A stretch of 64,000 nt of DNA, taken from Eledone cirrhosa. Taxonomy: Eukaryota. The DNA lies in contig OZ024741.1 in assembly GCA_964016885.1 (NCBI GenBank), positions 15,128,001-15,192,000 on the forward strand. Direction: 5' to 3'. The first letter of the stretch is position 1. Every line of letters starts with the position of its first letter. The notes under the pieces are model-generated. The model was not told where the DNA came from and did no database searches. It saw only the letters and a list, made by a program, of their open reading frames with translations. The position numbers and the translations under genes are program-made. Shown here in pieces: positions 1 through 13,929 of this stretch.

Positions 1-3000
1 GTGGTTGTTGTTGTTGTGGTGGTGGTTGTGGTTGTTGTGGTTTTGGTAGTGGTTGTGGTAGTTGTGGTGGTGGTGGTGGGGGTTGTGGCTGTTGTGGTTT
101 TGGTGGTGGTTGTGGTGGTTGTGGTTGTTGTGGTGGTTGTGGTTGTTGTGGTTTTGGTGGTGGTTGTGGTGGTTGTGGTGGTAGTTGCTGTGGTTGTTGT
201 GGTTTTGGTGCTGGTTGTGGTCGTTGTGGTGATGGTTGTGGTGGTTGTGGTTTTGGTGGTGGTTGTGGTGGTTGTGGTGGTTGTGGTTGAGGTGGTTGTT
301 GTTGTTTTGGTGGTGGTTGTGGTGGTTGTGGTGGTGGTGCTGGTTGTGGTTGCGGTGGTGGTTACGGTGGTTGTGGTGGTGGTTGTGTTGGTTGTGGTGG
401 TAGTTGTGGTTGTGGTTATTGTGGTTTTCGTGGTGGTTGTGGTGGTTGTGGTGGAGGTTGTGGTGGTTGTGATTATTGTGGTTTTGGTGGTGGTTGTGGT
501 GGTTGTGGTGGTGGTTGTGATTGTTGTGGTCGTTGTGGTTGTGGTTGTTGTGGTTGTTGTGGTTGTTGTGGTTGTGGTGGTGGTTGTGGTTGTTGTGGTG
601 GTTGTGGTGATTGTGGTTGTTGTGCTTTCGGTGGTTGTTGTGGTGGTTGTGGTTGTTGTGGTTTGGTGGTGGTTGTGGTGGTTGTGGTGGTGGTTGTTGT
701 GGTTGTGGTTGTTGTGGTTTTGGTGGTGGTTGTGGTGGTTGTTGTGGTTGTTGTTGTGGTTGTGGTTGTTGTGGTTTTGGTGGTTGTGGTTACTGTGGTT
801 TTGGAGGTGGTTGTGGTGGTTGTAGTTGTTGTGGCTTTGGTGGTGCTTGTGGTTGTTGTTGTGGTGGTTGTTGTGTGGTTGCGGTGGTTGTGGTTGTTGT
901 GGTTGTGGTTGTTATGGTTGCTGTGGTTGTGGTGGTGGTTGTGGTGGTTGTTGTGGTGGTTTTGTTGTTGTGGTTGTTGTAGTTTTGGTGGTTGTGTTTG
1001 CTGTGGTTTTGGAGGTGGTTGTGGTGGTGGTGGTTGTTATGGCTTTGTTGGTGGTTGTGGTTGTTGTTGTGGTTGTTGTTGTGGTTGTTGTGGTGGTTGT
1101 GGTGGTGGTTGTGGTGGTTGTGGTTGTTGTGGTGGTTGTGGTGGTTGTGGTTGTTGTGGTTGTTGTGGTTTTGGTGGTGGTTGTGGTCGTTGTGGTGGTG
1201 GTTGTGGTTGCGGTGTTCGTGGTTGTTGTGGTTTTGGTGGTGGTTGTGGTCGTTGTGGTTGTTGTAGTTTTGGTGGTGGTTGTGGTGGTTGTGGTGGTGG
1301 TTGTGGTGGTTGTGGTTGTTGTTGTTTTGGTGGTGGTTGTTTGTGGTTGTGGTGGTGGTTGTGGTGGTTGTGTTTGTTGTAGTTGTTGTGGTGGTTGTGG
1401 TGGTTGTGGTAGTGGTTGTGGTTGTTGTGGTTGTTGTGGTTTTGGTGGTGGTTGTGGTGGTTGTGGTGGTGGTACTATTGGTTGTGGTTTTGGTGGTGGT
1501 TGTCGTGGTGGTTGTCCTGGTTGTGGTTGCTGTGGTTTTGGTGGTGGTTGTGGTTTTTGTGGATTTGGTGGTGGTTGTGGTGGTTGTGTTGGTGGTTGTG
1601 GTGGTTGTGGTGGTGGTTGTGGTTGTTGTGGTTGTTGTGGTTTTGGTGGTGGTTGTGGTGGTTGTTGTTGTTGTGGTTTTGGTGTGTTTGTGGTGGTTGT
1701 GCTGGTTGTGGTTGTTGTGGTGGTTGTGGTTGTTGTGGTTTTGGTGGTGGTTGCGGTGGTTGTGGTGGTGGTTGTGGTGGTTGTGGTTGTTGTGGTTTTG
1801 CTGGTGGTTGTGGTGGTTGCGGTGGTGGTTGTGGTGGTTGTGTTGGTTGTGGTTTTGGTGGTGGTTGTGGTGGTTGTGTTGGTTATTGTGGTTCTACTGG
1901 TGGTTGTTGCAGTTATTGTGGTTTTGGTGGTGCTTGTGGTGGTTGTGGTTGTTGTGGTGGTTGTGGTTTTGGTGGTGGTTGCTAACGTGGTAATATTTGC
2001 GGAAGTAGTAGTGGTTGTAAGTGTTGTGTTGGTTTTGATTATGGTGGCTGTAGTTGTTGTGGTTGTGGTGACGGTAGTTGTTGTTGTGGTTGTTGTAATG
2101 GTGGTTGTGGTGGCTACAGTTGTTGTTGTGGTTGTTGTAATGGTGGTTGTGGTGGCTGTAGATTTTGCTGTGTTTGTTGTAATGGTGGTTGTGGGGGCTG
2201 CAGTTGTTGCTGTGGTTGTTGTAAAGGTGGTTGTGGTGGCTGCAGTTGTTGTAATTGTTGTTGTAATGGTGGTTGTGGTCGCTGTAGTTGTTGTTGTGGT
2301 TATTGTAATGGTGGTTGTGGTGGCTGCAGTTGTTGTGGTTGTTGTAATGGTGGTTGTGGTGACTGCAGTTGTTGTTGTGGTTGTTGTAAAGGTGGTTGTG
2401 GTGGCTGCAGTTGTTGTAATGGTTGTTGTAATGGTGGTTGTGGTGGCTGCAGTTGTTGTTGTGGTTGTTGTAATGGTGGTTGTGGTGGCTGCAGTTGTTG
2501 TTCTGGTTGTTGTAATGGTGGTTGTGGTGGCTGTAGTTGTTGTTGTGGTTGTTGTAATGGTGGTTGTGGTGGCTGTAGTGTCTGTTGTGGTTGTTGTAAT
2601 GGTGGTTGTGGTGGCTACAGTTGTTGTTGTGGTTGTTGTAATGGTGGTTGTGGTGGCTATAGTTGTTGTTGTTGTTGTAATGGTGGTTGTGGTGGCTGTA
2701 GTTGTTGTTGTGGTTGTTGTAATGGTGGTTGTGGTGGCTGTAGTTGTTGTTGTGTTTGTTGTAATGGTGGTTGTGGTGACTGTAGTTGTTGTTGTGGTTG
2801 TTGTAATGGTGGTTGTGGTGGCTGCAGTTGTTGTTGTGGTTGTTGTAATGGTGGTTGTGGTGGCTGTAGTTGTTGTTGTTGTTGTAATGGTGGTTGTGGT
2901 GGCTGCAGTTGTTGTTGTGGTTGTTGTAATGGTGGTTGTGGTGGCTGCAGTTGTTGTTGTGGTTGTTGTAATGGTGGTTGTGGTGGCTGTAGTTGTTGTT

Positions 3001-6000
3001 GTGTTTGTTGTAATGGTGGTTGTGGTGACTGTAGTTGTTGTTGTGGTTGTTGTAATGGTGGTTGTGGTGACTGTAGTTGTTGTTGTGGTTGTTGTAATGG
3101 TGGTTGTGGTGGCTGTAGTTGTTGTTGTGGTTGTTGTAATGGTGGTTGTGGTGACTGTAGTTGTTGTTGTGGTTGTTGTAATGGTGGTTGTGGTGGCTGC
3201 AGTTGTTGTTGTGGTTGTTGTAATGGTGGTTGTGGTGGCTGTAGTTGTTGTTGTGTTTGTTGTAATGGTGGTTGTGGTGGCTGTAGTGGTTGTTGTAATG
3301 GTGGTTGTGGTGGCTGTAGTGGTTGTTGTAATGGTGGTTGTGGTGGCTGCAGTTGTTGTTGTGGTTGTTGTAATGGTGGTTGTGGTGGCTGCAGTTGTTG
3401 TTGTGGTTGTTGTAATGGTGGTTGTGGTGACTGTAGTTGTTGTTGTGGTTGTTGTAATGGTGGTTGTGGTGACTGTAGTTGTTGTTGTGGTTGTTGTAAT
3501 GGTGGTTGTGGTGGCTGCAGTTGTTGTTGTTGTTGTTGTAATGGTGGTTGTGGTGGCTGCAGTTGTTGTTGTGGTTGTTGTAATGGTGGTTGTGGTGGCT
3601 GCAGTTGTTGTTGTGGTTGTTGTAATGGTGGTTGTGGTGGCTGTAGTTGTTGTTGTGTTTGTTGTAATGGTGGTTGTGGTGACTGTAGTTGTTGTTGTGG
3701 TTGTTGTAATGGTGGTTGTGGTGGCTGCAGTTGTTGTTGTGGTTGTTGTAATGGTGGTTGTGGTGGCTGTAGTTGTTGTTGTGGTTGTTGTAATGGTGGT
3801 TGTGGTGGCTGTAGTGGTTGTTGTAATGGTGGTTGTGGTGGCTGTAGTGGTTGTTGTAATGGTGGTTGTGGTGGCTGCAGTTGTTGTTGTGGTTGTTGTA
3901 ATGGTGGTTGTGGTGGCTGCAGTTGTTGTTGTGGTTGTTGTAATGGTGGTTGTGGTGGCTGTAGTGGTTGTTGTAATGGTGGTTGTGGTGGCTGTAGTGG
4001 TTGTTGTAATGGTGGTTGTGGTGGCTGTAGTGGTTGTTGTAATGGTGGTTGTGGTGGCTGCAGTTGTTGTTGTGGTTGTTGTAATGGTGGTTGTGGTGGC
4101 TGCAGTTGTTGTTGTGGTTGTTGTAATGGTGGTTGTGGTGGCTGTAGTTGTTGTTGTGGTTGTTGTAATGGTGGTTGTGGTGGCTGTAGTGGTTGTTGTA
4201 ATGGTGGTTGTGGTGGCTGCAGTTGTTGTTGTGGTTGTTGTAATGGTGGTTGTGGTGGCTGTAGTGGTTGTTGTAATGGTGGTTGTGGTGGCTGTAGTTG
4301 TTGTTGTGGTTGTTGTAATGGTGGTTGTGGTGGCTGTAGTGGTTGTTGTAATGGTGGTTGTGGTGGCTGCAGTTGTTGTTGTGGTTGTTGTAATGGTGGT
4401 TGTGGTGGCTGTAGTGGTTGTTGTAATGGTGGTTGTGGTGGCTGTAGTGGTTGTTGTAATGGTGGTTGTGGTGGCTGTAGTGGTTGTTGTAATGGTGGTT
4501 GTGGTGGCTGCAGTTGTTGTTGTGGTTGTTGTAATGGTGGTTGTGGTGGCTGCAGTTGTTGTTGTGGTTGTTGTAATGGTGGTTGTGGTGGCTGTAGTGG
4601 TTGTTGTAATGGTGGTTGTGGTGGCTGTAGTGGTTGTTGTAATGGTGGTTGTGGTGGCTGTAGTGGTTGTTGTAATGGTGGTTGTGGTGGCTGTAGTGGT
4701 TGTTGTAATGGTGGTTGTGGTGGCTGTAGTGGTTGTTGTAATGGTGGTTGTGGTGGCTGTAGTGGTTGTTGTAATGGTGGTTGTGGTGGCTGTAGTGGTT
4801 GTTGTAATGGTGGTTGTGGTGGCTGTAGTGGTTGTTGTAATGGTGGTTGTGGTGGCTGTAGTGGTTGTTGTAATGGTGGTTGTGGTGGCTGTAGTGGTTG
4901 TTGTAATGGTGGTTGTGGTGGCTGCAGTTGTTGTTGTGGTTGTTGTAATGGTGGTTGTGGTGGCTGCAGTTGTTGTTGTGGTTGTTGTAATGGTGGTTGT
5001 GGTGGCTGTAGTGGTTGTTGTAATGGTGGTTGTGGTGGCTGTAGTGGTTGTTGTAATGGTGGTTGTGGTGGCTGTAGTGGTTGTTGTAATGGTGGTTGTG
5101 GTGGCTGTAGTGGTTGTTGTAATGGTGGTTGTGGTGGCTGTAGTGGTTGTTGTAATGGTGGTTGTGGTGGCTGTAGTGGTTGTTGTAATGGTGGTTGTGG
5201 TGGCTGTAGTGGTTGTTGTAATGGTGGTTGTGGTGGCTGCAGTTGTTGTTGTGGTTGTTGTAATGGTGGTTGTGGTGGCTGCAGTTGTTGTTGTGGTTGT
5301 TGTAATGGTGGTTGTGGTGGCTGTAGTGGTTGTTGTAATGGTGGTTGTGGTGGCTGTAGTGGTTGTTGTAATGGTGGTTGTGGTGGCTGTAGTGGTTGTT
5401 GTAATGGTGGTTGTGGTGGCTGTAGTGGTTGTTGTAATGGTGGTTGTGGTGGCTGTAGTGGTTGTTGTAATGGTGGTTGTGGTGGCTGCAGTTGTTGTTG
5501 TGGTTGTTGTAATGGTGGTTGTGGTGGCTGCAGTTGTTGTTGTGGTTGTTGTAATGGTGGTTGTGGTGGCTGCAGTTGTTGTTGTGGTTGTTGTAATGGT
5601 GGTTGTGGTGGCTGCAGTTGTTGTTGTGGTTGTTGTAATGGTGGTTGTGGTGGCTGTAGTTGTTGTTGTGGTTGTTGTAATGGTGGTTGTGGTGGCTGTA
5701 GTGGTTGTTGTAATGGTGGTTGTGGTGGCTGTAGTTGTTGTTGTGGTTGTTGTAATGGTGGTTGTGGTGGCTGCAGTTGTTGTAATGGTTGTTGTAATGG
5801 TGGTTGTGGTGGCTGCAGTTGTTGTTGTGGTTGTTGTAATGGTGGTTGTGGTGGCTGTAGTTGTTGTTGTGGTTGTTGTAATGGTGGTTGTGGTGGCTGT
5901 AGTTGTTGTTGTTGTTGTAATGGTGGTTGTGGTGGCTGCAGTTGTTGTTGTGGTTGTTGTAATGGTGGTTGTGGTGGCTGCAGTTGTTGTTGTGGTTGTT

Positions 6001-7780
6001 GTAATGGTGGTTGTGGTGGCTGCAGTTGTTGTTGTGGTTGTTGTAATGGTGGTTGTGGTGGCTGTAGTTGTTGTTGTGGTTGTTGTAATGGTGGTTGTGG
6101 TGGCTGTAGTGGTTGTTGTAATGGTGGTTGTGGTGGCTGTAGTGGTTGTTGTAATGGTGGTTGTGGTGGCTGTAGTGGTTGTTGTAATGGTGGTTGTGGT
6201 GGCTGTAGTGGTTGTTGTAATGGTGGTTGTGGTGGCTGTAGTGGTTGTTGTAATGGTGGTTGTGGTGGCTGTAGTGGTTGTTGTAATGGTGGTTGTGGTG
6301 GCTGTAGTGGTTGTTGTAATGGTGGTTGTGGTGGCTGCAGTTGTTGTTGTGGTTGTTGTAATGGTGGTTGTGGTGGCTGCAGTTGTTGTTGTGGTTGTTG
6401 TAATGGTGGTTGTGGTGGCTGTAGTGGTTGTTGTAATGGTGGTTGTGGTGGCTGTAGTGGTTGTTGTAATGGTGGTTGTGGTGGCTGCAGTTGTTGTTGT
6501 GGTTGTTGTAATGGTGGTTGTGGTGGCTGTAGTGGTTGTTGTAATGGTGGTTGTGGTGGCTGTAGTGGTTGTTGTAATGGTGGTTGTGGTGGCTGTAGTG
6601 GTTGTTGTAATGGTGGTTGTGGTGGCTGTAGTGGTTGTTGTAATGGTGGTTGTGGTGGCTGCAGTTGTTGTTGTGGTTGTTGTAATGGTGGTTGTGGTGG
6701 CTGCAGTTGTTGTTGTGGTTGTTGTAATGGTGGTTGTGGTGGCTGCAGTTGTTGTTGTGGTTGTTGTAATGGTGGTTGTGGTGGCTGCAGTTGTTGTTGT
6801 GGTTGTTGTAATGGTGGTTGTGGTGGCTGCAGTTGTTGTTGTGGTTGTTGTAATGGTGGTTGTGGTCGCTGTAGTTGTTGTTGTGGTTGTTGTAATGGTA
6901 GTTGTGGTGGCTGTAGTTGTTGTTGTGGTTGTTGTAATGGTGGTTGTGGTGGCTGTAGTTGTTGTTGTGGTTGTTGTAATGGTGGTTGTGGTGGCTGCAG
7001 TTGTTGTTGTGGTTGTTGTAATGGTGGTTGTGGTGGCTGCAGTTGTTGTTGTGGTTGTTGTAATGGTAGTTGTGGTGGCTGTAGTTGTTGTTGTGGTTGT
7101 TGTAATGGTGGTTGTGGTGGCTGTAGTTGTTGTTGTGGTTGTTGTAATGGTGGTTGTGGTCGCTGTAGTTGTTGTTGTGGTTGTTGTAATGGTGGTTGTG
7201 GTGGCTGTAGTTGTTGTTGTGGTTGTTGTAATGGTGGTTGTGGTGACTGCAGTTGTTGTTGTGGTTGTTGTAATGGTGGTTGTGGTGGCTGCAGTTGTTG
7301 TTCTGGTTGTTGTAATGGTGGTTGTGGTGGCTGTAGTTGTTGTTGTGGTTGTTGTAATGGTGGTTGTGGTGGCTGCAGTTGTTCTGGTTGTTGTAATGGT
7401 GGTTGTGGTGGCTGCAGTTGTTCTGGTTGTTGTAATGGTGGTTGTGCTGGCTGTAGTTGTTGTTGTGGTTGTTGTAATGGTGGTTGTGGTGGCTGTAGTT
7501 GTTGTTGTGGTTGTTGTAATGGTGGTTGTGGTGGCTGCAGTTGTTCTGGTTGTTGTAATGGTGGTTGTGGTGGCTGCAGTTGTTGTTCTGGTTGTTGTAA
7601 TGGTGGTTGTGGTGGCTGTAGTTGTTGTTGTGGTTGTTGTAATGGTGGTTGTGGTGGCTGCAGTTGTTCTGGTTGTTGTAATGGTGGTTGTGGTGGCTGC
7701 AGTTGTTCTGGTTGTTGTAATGGTGGTTGTGCTGGCTGTAGTTGTTGTTTTTAATCGTGAAGATTTTGTTACCGTTGTTT
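1..7780 (-). CDS. Giant Thr-rich mucin-like exon (partial gene; 3' end uncertain or beyond window start)
   Basis: Minus strand has acceptor ttcctacccccaccag| at 7781-7782 (phase 1), then (x)[22 protein letters not shown]... It continues through 33/39/42-bp units encoding [11 protein letters not shown] and [14 protein letters not shown], a unique linker [24 protein letters not shown] (~1980-2050) and poly-Thr with Lys. The frame is stop-free from 7780 to ~915 as assembled. Single-base indels at ~1684, 1341, 961, 874 and 663 shift frames. Confidence 0.6.
2070..7745. repeat. Compound 33/42-bp tandem repeat (core of the Thr-rich exon)
   Basis: Units gtaatggtggttgtggtggctgtagtggttgtt (33 bp) and gtaatggtggttgtggtggctgcagttgttgttgtggttgtt (42 bp) occur in blocks. 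Confidence 0.95.
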
Positions 7781-8059
7781 CTGGTGGGGGTAGGAATGGT
7801 CGTCGTCGCCGTGGTAGTGGAGGTGTTGGTGGTTGTGGTGTTGGTGGTTGTGATGGTGTTGATGGTTATGGTGTTGGTGGTTGTGGGAGTTGTGGTAGCG
7901 ATGGTGATGTTGTTGGTGGTGAATTTTAGATATGAAAATGTAAATATATGTTTATAGGAGAACTCAACCGTTGTCTCATGGTTAAAATGTAGTTGAAATA
8001 GAGATAGGTGTACAGTGTTAGTATTACATCGAGCTTAGTCACAAACCTTTTATGTCTAC

Positions 8060-8400
8060 ATAGAACACCACCACCATCTACACCACCACAGCCTGCACCA
8101 CAACCACCACCACGATCTACACCACTATCTACACCACCACCACAACCTACACCACCACCACAACCTACACCTACATAACCACCACCTACATGACCACCAC
8201 CACCACCGCCACAACCACAACCACTACCATCACCGCCACCACCACCACCACACGCACAGCCTCCACCACCACAACCACCACCACAAACCACCACCACCAC
8301 CACACACATACACCACTACCACCACCACCACCACCATCACCACCGCCGCCACCACCACCACACAGCCGACACCGCCACCGCCTCCAGCACTAGCACCACA
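8060..8400. repeat. Degenerate (CCA)n tract
   Basis: accaccacc-rich low-complexity sequence. Confidence 0.85.
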
Positions 8401-8828
8401 ACATGCTGTCCTGCCTTCCGTATATTCCATTCGCTATCTATAAATGATTAACCGTGTCAGCTAACTTATGATACATCCTTCTTGGTTGTTATCTCCCCTT
8501 AGACTTAACCTCTCCAGCGCCCTAATCCAATATGGATTCCACAACGTCACTCAAAATGTTGAAACAATAAACAAAGAACAAAAACATATGATTCGTAATA
8601 TTCATGTAGTAGTAGTAGTAGTAGTAGTATTAGTATTAGTAGCAGTAGTAGTAAAGAAAGAGAAAGTGGTGGGGGCAAAACCTAATTATTTTAATAATAG
8701 ACATAATGGAATACACTGGAAGAGGGAGAGGGAGTGAAAGAGAGAGATAGAAGAAAAGAGAGAGAGGAATATATATATATATATATATATACGCATAGAT
8801 ATATACACAAATATATATATACATATAT

Positions 8829-8880
<52 letters not shown>

Positions 8881-8896
8881 GCATATCTCTCTCTCT

Positions 8897-8933
<37 letters not shown>

Positions 8934-9310
8934 CTTGTGTATTCAAATATATTCAAATAAACTAAGTATGCACTGAAAATCAGTTTCCGTACTGTTAACA
9001 GAGTCAAATATACGTATATTTTCCATTTTCGACTTGAGTTCGGTACTGGGTCTCTCGGAACAGACTGTCGTGATGACTATATATATATAATTATAATACA
9101 CTGAAATATATATATATATTTATACATATACATATATATATAAGAAAAAGTTGAGGATCGATGGCGAGCTCAGCGGTTTCGGTTTCGGCTAGTTAACTCT
9201 ACCTTCACTAATATACCCACTCTGCATCTTACCATGTATCGAGTACTTCTTTGTGGTCTTCCCGGCCCCAGTACTGCAGATTATCAATACACACACATAC
9301 ACAGACACAC

Positions 9311-9451
<141 letters not shown>

Positions 9452-9751
9452 TGTTTCCTGACCCAGTCTTCCCATAAAATCTATGTCTACCTGTTATGGC
9501 TTAATTGCTAGAAGTTATTGTTTTGTCTTTTACTCCACGGACAGCGCTTTGGCTTGTGTCAGAAGCTATGACTTCCAGAAGTCCATCGCAACGGTTGAAG
9601 AACTTGGAGTTCTGCGTCTTTCGTTCGTCTTATTATTTTAAAAAATATTTAGAGGTTCATCTTCAAAAACATTTTTTCATTTTGCCTTGTTTTTGCTCGT
9701 TATCTTCTCTTTGTAAGATTTCCTATATTTATTATATATACATATATATAT

Positions 9752-9961
9752 ATAGGAAAAGAGTCAGAACCCCGACGGCAGAGCTCAAGCTGTTTCGACA
9801 GCTATTTCTGGACGAAGTAGCTGGTCCAGAAATAGCTATCGAAACGGCTTGAGCTCTGCCGTCGGGGTTCTGACTCTTTTCCTATTACCCACTCTACTAC
9901 CCAAAGTATTAAACCCTCTGGTGCGTTATGGTCCATCTGGTTTCTTACCACACTTCCTTCG

Positions 9962-10005
<44 letters not shown>

Positions 10006-10223
10006 GATATATAACGAAGGAAGTGTGGTAAGAAACCGGATGGACCATAACGTAGCAGTGTACTCAATACTTAGGGTAGTAGAGTGGCTAATAGGAGAAA
10101 GTATGACCCCCGACGTAGAGCTCAAGCCGTTTCGACGGCTATTTCTGGACTACAGTGACTTTAGTCCAGAAATAGCCGTCGAAACGACTTGAGCTCTGTC
10201 GTCGGGGTCATACTTTCTCCTAT
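9752..10223. repeat. Nested palindrome: two fold-back hairpins in mirror orientation around (TA)n, probably PLE termini
   Basis: 9752-9813 pairs with 9824-9885. 10091-10223 is a second related hairpin. About 9886-9965 is the imperfect reverse complement of about 10010-10090. Arms contain GAAAcggc...gccgTC, the 3' half of an HHR. Confidence 0.85.
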
Positions 10224-10315
10224 ATATATTTGCTCTACGGTTCTTATATATTTGATATATATTTATCCTTATCGAGCCCTCTTTGGATTTTAGTCTTCAA
10301 ATTTATTATTATTAC

Positions 10316-10375
<60 letters not shown>

Positions 10376-10376
10376 T

Positions 10377-11144
<768 letters not shown>

Positions 11145-11661
11145 GTGTGTGTGTGTGGATGTGTGTGTACCTATTCCCGTATGTGTGTGTACCTATTCCC
11201 GTTGGAAAGAAAGCATCTACTTACTATACAGAACAATAGCAAAAGTAATAGAACGAAGTGAAAATGGTGTAACTTGGAATGCTAGAAATGTTAGTGGACT
11301 TCATGGATTTAGTTGTAAGAAAAGCTATAGAAAGGTTTTAAGAAATTGCTATATAGTATTAAGTATGATCTATATACAGGCGTACACTTTGTTATTTTGG
11401 TATGATAATAGGCCGGTGAAAACAGAAAGTGTGAACAGAATATATATTATGGTAGTTGGTCAATATTGTATATATATTGTATATATACACACGTGTGTGG
11501 GTGTGTGTATTATATATAAATACATATAGATATATATATAGATATACAATGTATATGTATATATATATATATAATACTCACACGCACCCACACATATATG
11601 CATATGTGTATGTATATATAAATATATATATGTATATATATACCTAGATATATGTGAATGT

Positions 11662-11716
<55 letters not shown>

Positions 11717-11913
11717 TTGATATTTATATATATACATAAATATACGTATATATATATGTGTGTGTCTGTGTATGTGTGTCTGCATATGTATACAAGTTGA
11801 TACATATATATATGTGTGCTTTTTTATTTATATATATATATAAATACATACACATAAATATATATATATGTATATTTATGTATATATATAAATATCAACT
11901 TATATATACAATG

Positions 11914-11950
<37 letters not shown>

Positions 11951-11985
11951 CTCACACCCAACCACACATATGTATATTATAAATA

Positions 11986-12016
<31 letters not shown>

Positions 12017-12100
12017 ATATATATTTATACATATATGCATATGTGTATGTATATATAAATATATATATGTATATATATATACATACATATATGTGAATGT

Positions 12101-12157
<57 letters not shown>

Positions 12158-12508
12158 TTGATATTTATATATATACATAAATATACATATATATATATAT
12201 GTGTGTCTGTGTGTGTCAGTGTGTCTGTGTGTGCGCGTGTATACAAGTTGATACATTTATATAAACAAAAATAACGATATAAAAGCAAATGAAGGAGAAC
12301 GCCAATATGGCGATTGTTACAAGAACACAACATCCGCCATATTTGTTTTGGTTTTAGCGTTGTTTTGTCCTTACGTCCAATTACTTAAAATCACATATTT
12401 CAAGAAGATATATATGTATATAATATTTTTGTTGTTATGGTAGTAAAATATGTGTATATGAATACATATATATAGATGAATCTGTGTGTGTGTGTGTGTG
12501 CGTGTGTG

Positions 12509-12561
<53 letters not shown>

Positions 12562-12769
12562 AGGTGCGCATTTATTATGGTTTGTGTTTGTGGATGTTGG
12601 GTATATTGTTTTTGTTTACGTGATCAAAAAGGCATTCATATTTCTTTATAAGTCTTCAACTTAAGCATAAATATTATCAATAGAGTCTCATAAAAACATA
12701 TGTATGTATATATTATATATATATATATTGTATATAAAATATGGGGCTAACCGACCATGGATGTGCGGA

Positions 12770-12802
<33 letters not shown>

Positions 12803-12998
12803 ATATATACTGTAAAGAGCTACAACTGAGCTACTTAGACAGACGAACGGACCTCCCGAAATATGTGTAAACACACATGTATGTATATATGTATGTATGT
12901 ATGTACGTATGTATGTATGTATGTATGTATGTATGGCCATACCCGATAACGAGGGGGCAGCCATCATGTCATCATGTATGTATGTATGTATGTATGTA

Positions 12999-13040
<42 letters not shown>

Positions 13041-13600
13041 TGCGTGTGTGTGTGTGTGTGTGTGTATGCATGTGTTTATGTGTATCTTTAACTGCCATAC
13101 ATTCTCTTTCAGATCTAGATATAGAATTAACACTATATCTATCTCACAGCATATCAGTTTATTGCAGTGCAATGGATTTGACCGTCTTCCTCTACAATAG
13201 TCCATGTTATATACAACACTATTATATATCAATAAGCTGCCCACTAACTGTATGAAGGAGTAGAGTTGGAATCGCCCTTCTGAAACCAGGAACTACTAAA
13301 TTGAAGGCCTTCAAACTCTGGTGAAACCACCTTAAAAAACTCACACACAAACTTTCACTTGCAGACTTTCCAAAATATTTTACAAATAATTTTCAGTTCC
13401 AAAACTTTTCAAGTGCAAAACTTCTTCAATCTCAAAATCTGTCACACAAGAAGGGCACACACATACCACATGCAAACACAGACACACACACACACACGCG
13501 CATATATATATTTAGGTTAAAAACAAAAAACAAACACAATAACGAAGAGTGGAGTACAAAGTGTTAGTATTAGGTTCACGCTTGAGAGTGAGGGGTGGGG

Positions 13601-13637
13601 GCGACGTTTCGGGAATAAGCCCTTCATCAGGAGAAAA
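13601..13637 (-). ncRNA. Minimal hammerhead ribozyme motif (stem I degenerate)
   Basis: Minus strand CTGATGA-aggg cttatt ccc-GAAA-cg-TC. Related downstream sequence (aagcgtgaacc...) also occurs near 56505 and 60720. Confidence 0.55.
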
Positions 13638-13929
13638 GTGGGAGGGAAAAGAGTCCGATGGTGTGAGGCGGAGTGGTGGAAAGACACTAAAAGGGGGGAG
13701 TTAAGGGGAAGGAAAAAAATTAAAATGAGGATAAAGAAATTCAAATGAAAACAAGTGGTGAAATGGTGTGAGGCGTGTAGTGGTGGTGGTGGTGGTGGTG
13801 GTGGGTGGAGGGAGGGGAGAGGGGAGAAGGAGGGAGGGGGTCCGAGCGGGAAGGGCGGAATGTGGTGTGTATGTATGTGTGTAGGTAAACGTGTGTGTAT
13901 GTATGTGTGATATATATATATAGAGAGAA

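Noticed and set aside
2070-7745. Antifreeze glycoprotein similarity (Thr-Ala-Ala)
   Set aside because: AFGPs are strict (Ala-Ala-Thr)n. Here Ala is at most 14% and there is no tripeptide period.
826-7929. 2367-aa poly-Val ORF and Cys/Gly- or Trp/Leu-rich ORFs on the + strand
   Set aside because: Implausible composition; these are antisense or alternative-frame shadows of the Thr-rich repeat.
9233-9273. 41-nt minus-strand AG/GTAAG-bounded segment as an extra exon
   Set aside because: Its phase is incompatible with the proposed chain, and it adjoins a repeat remnant related to the 9752 family.
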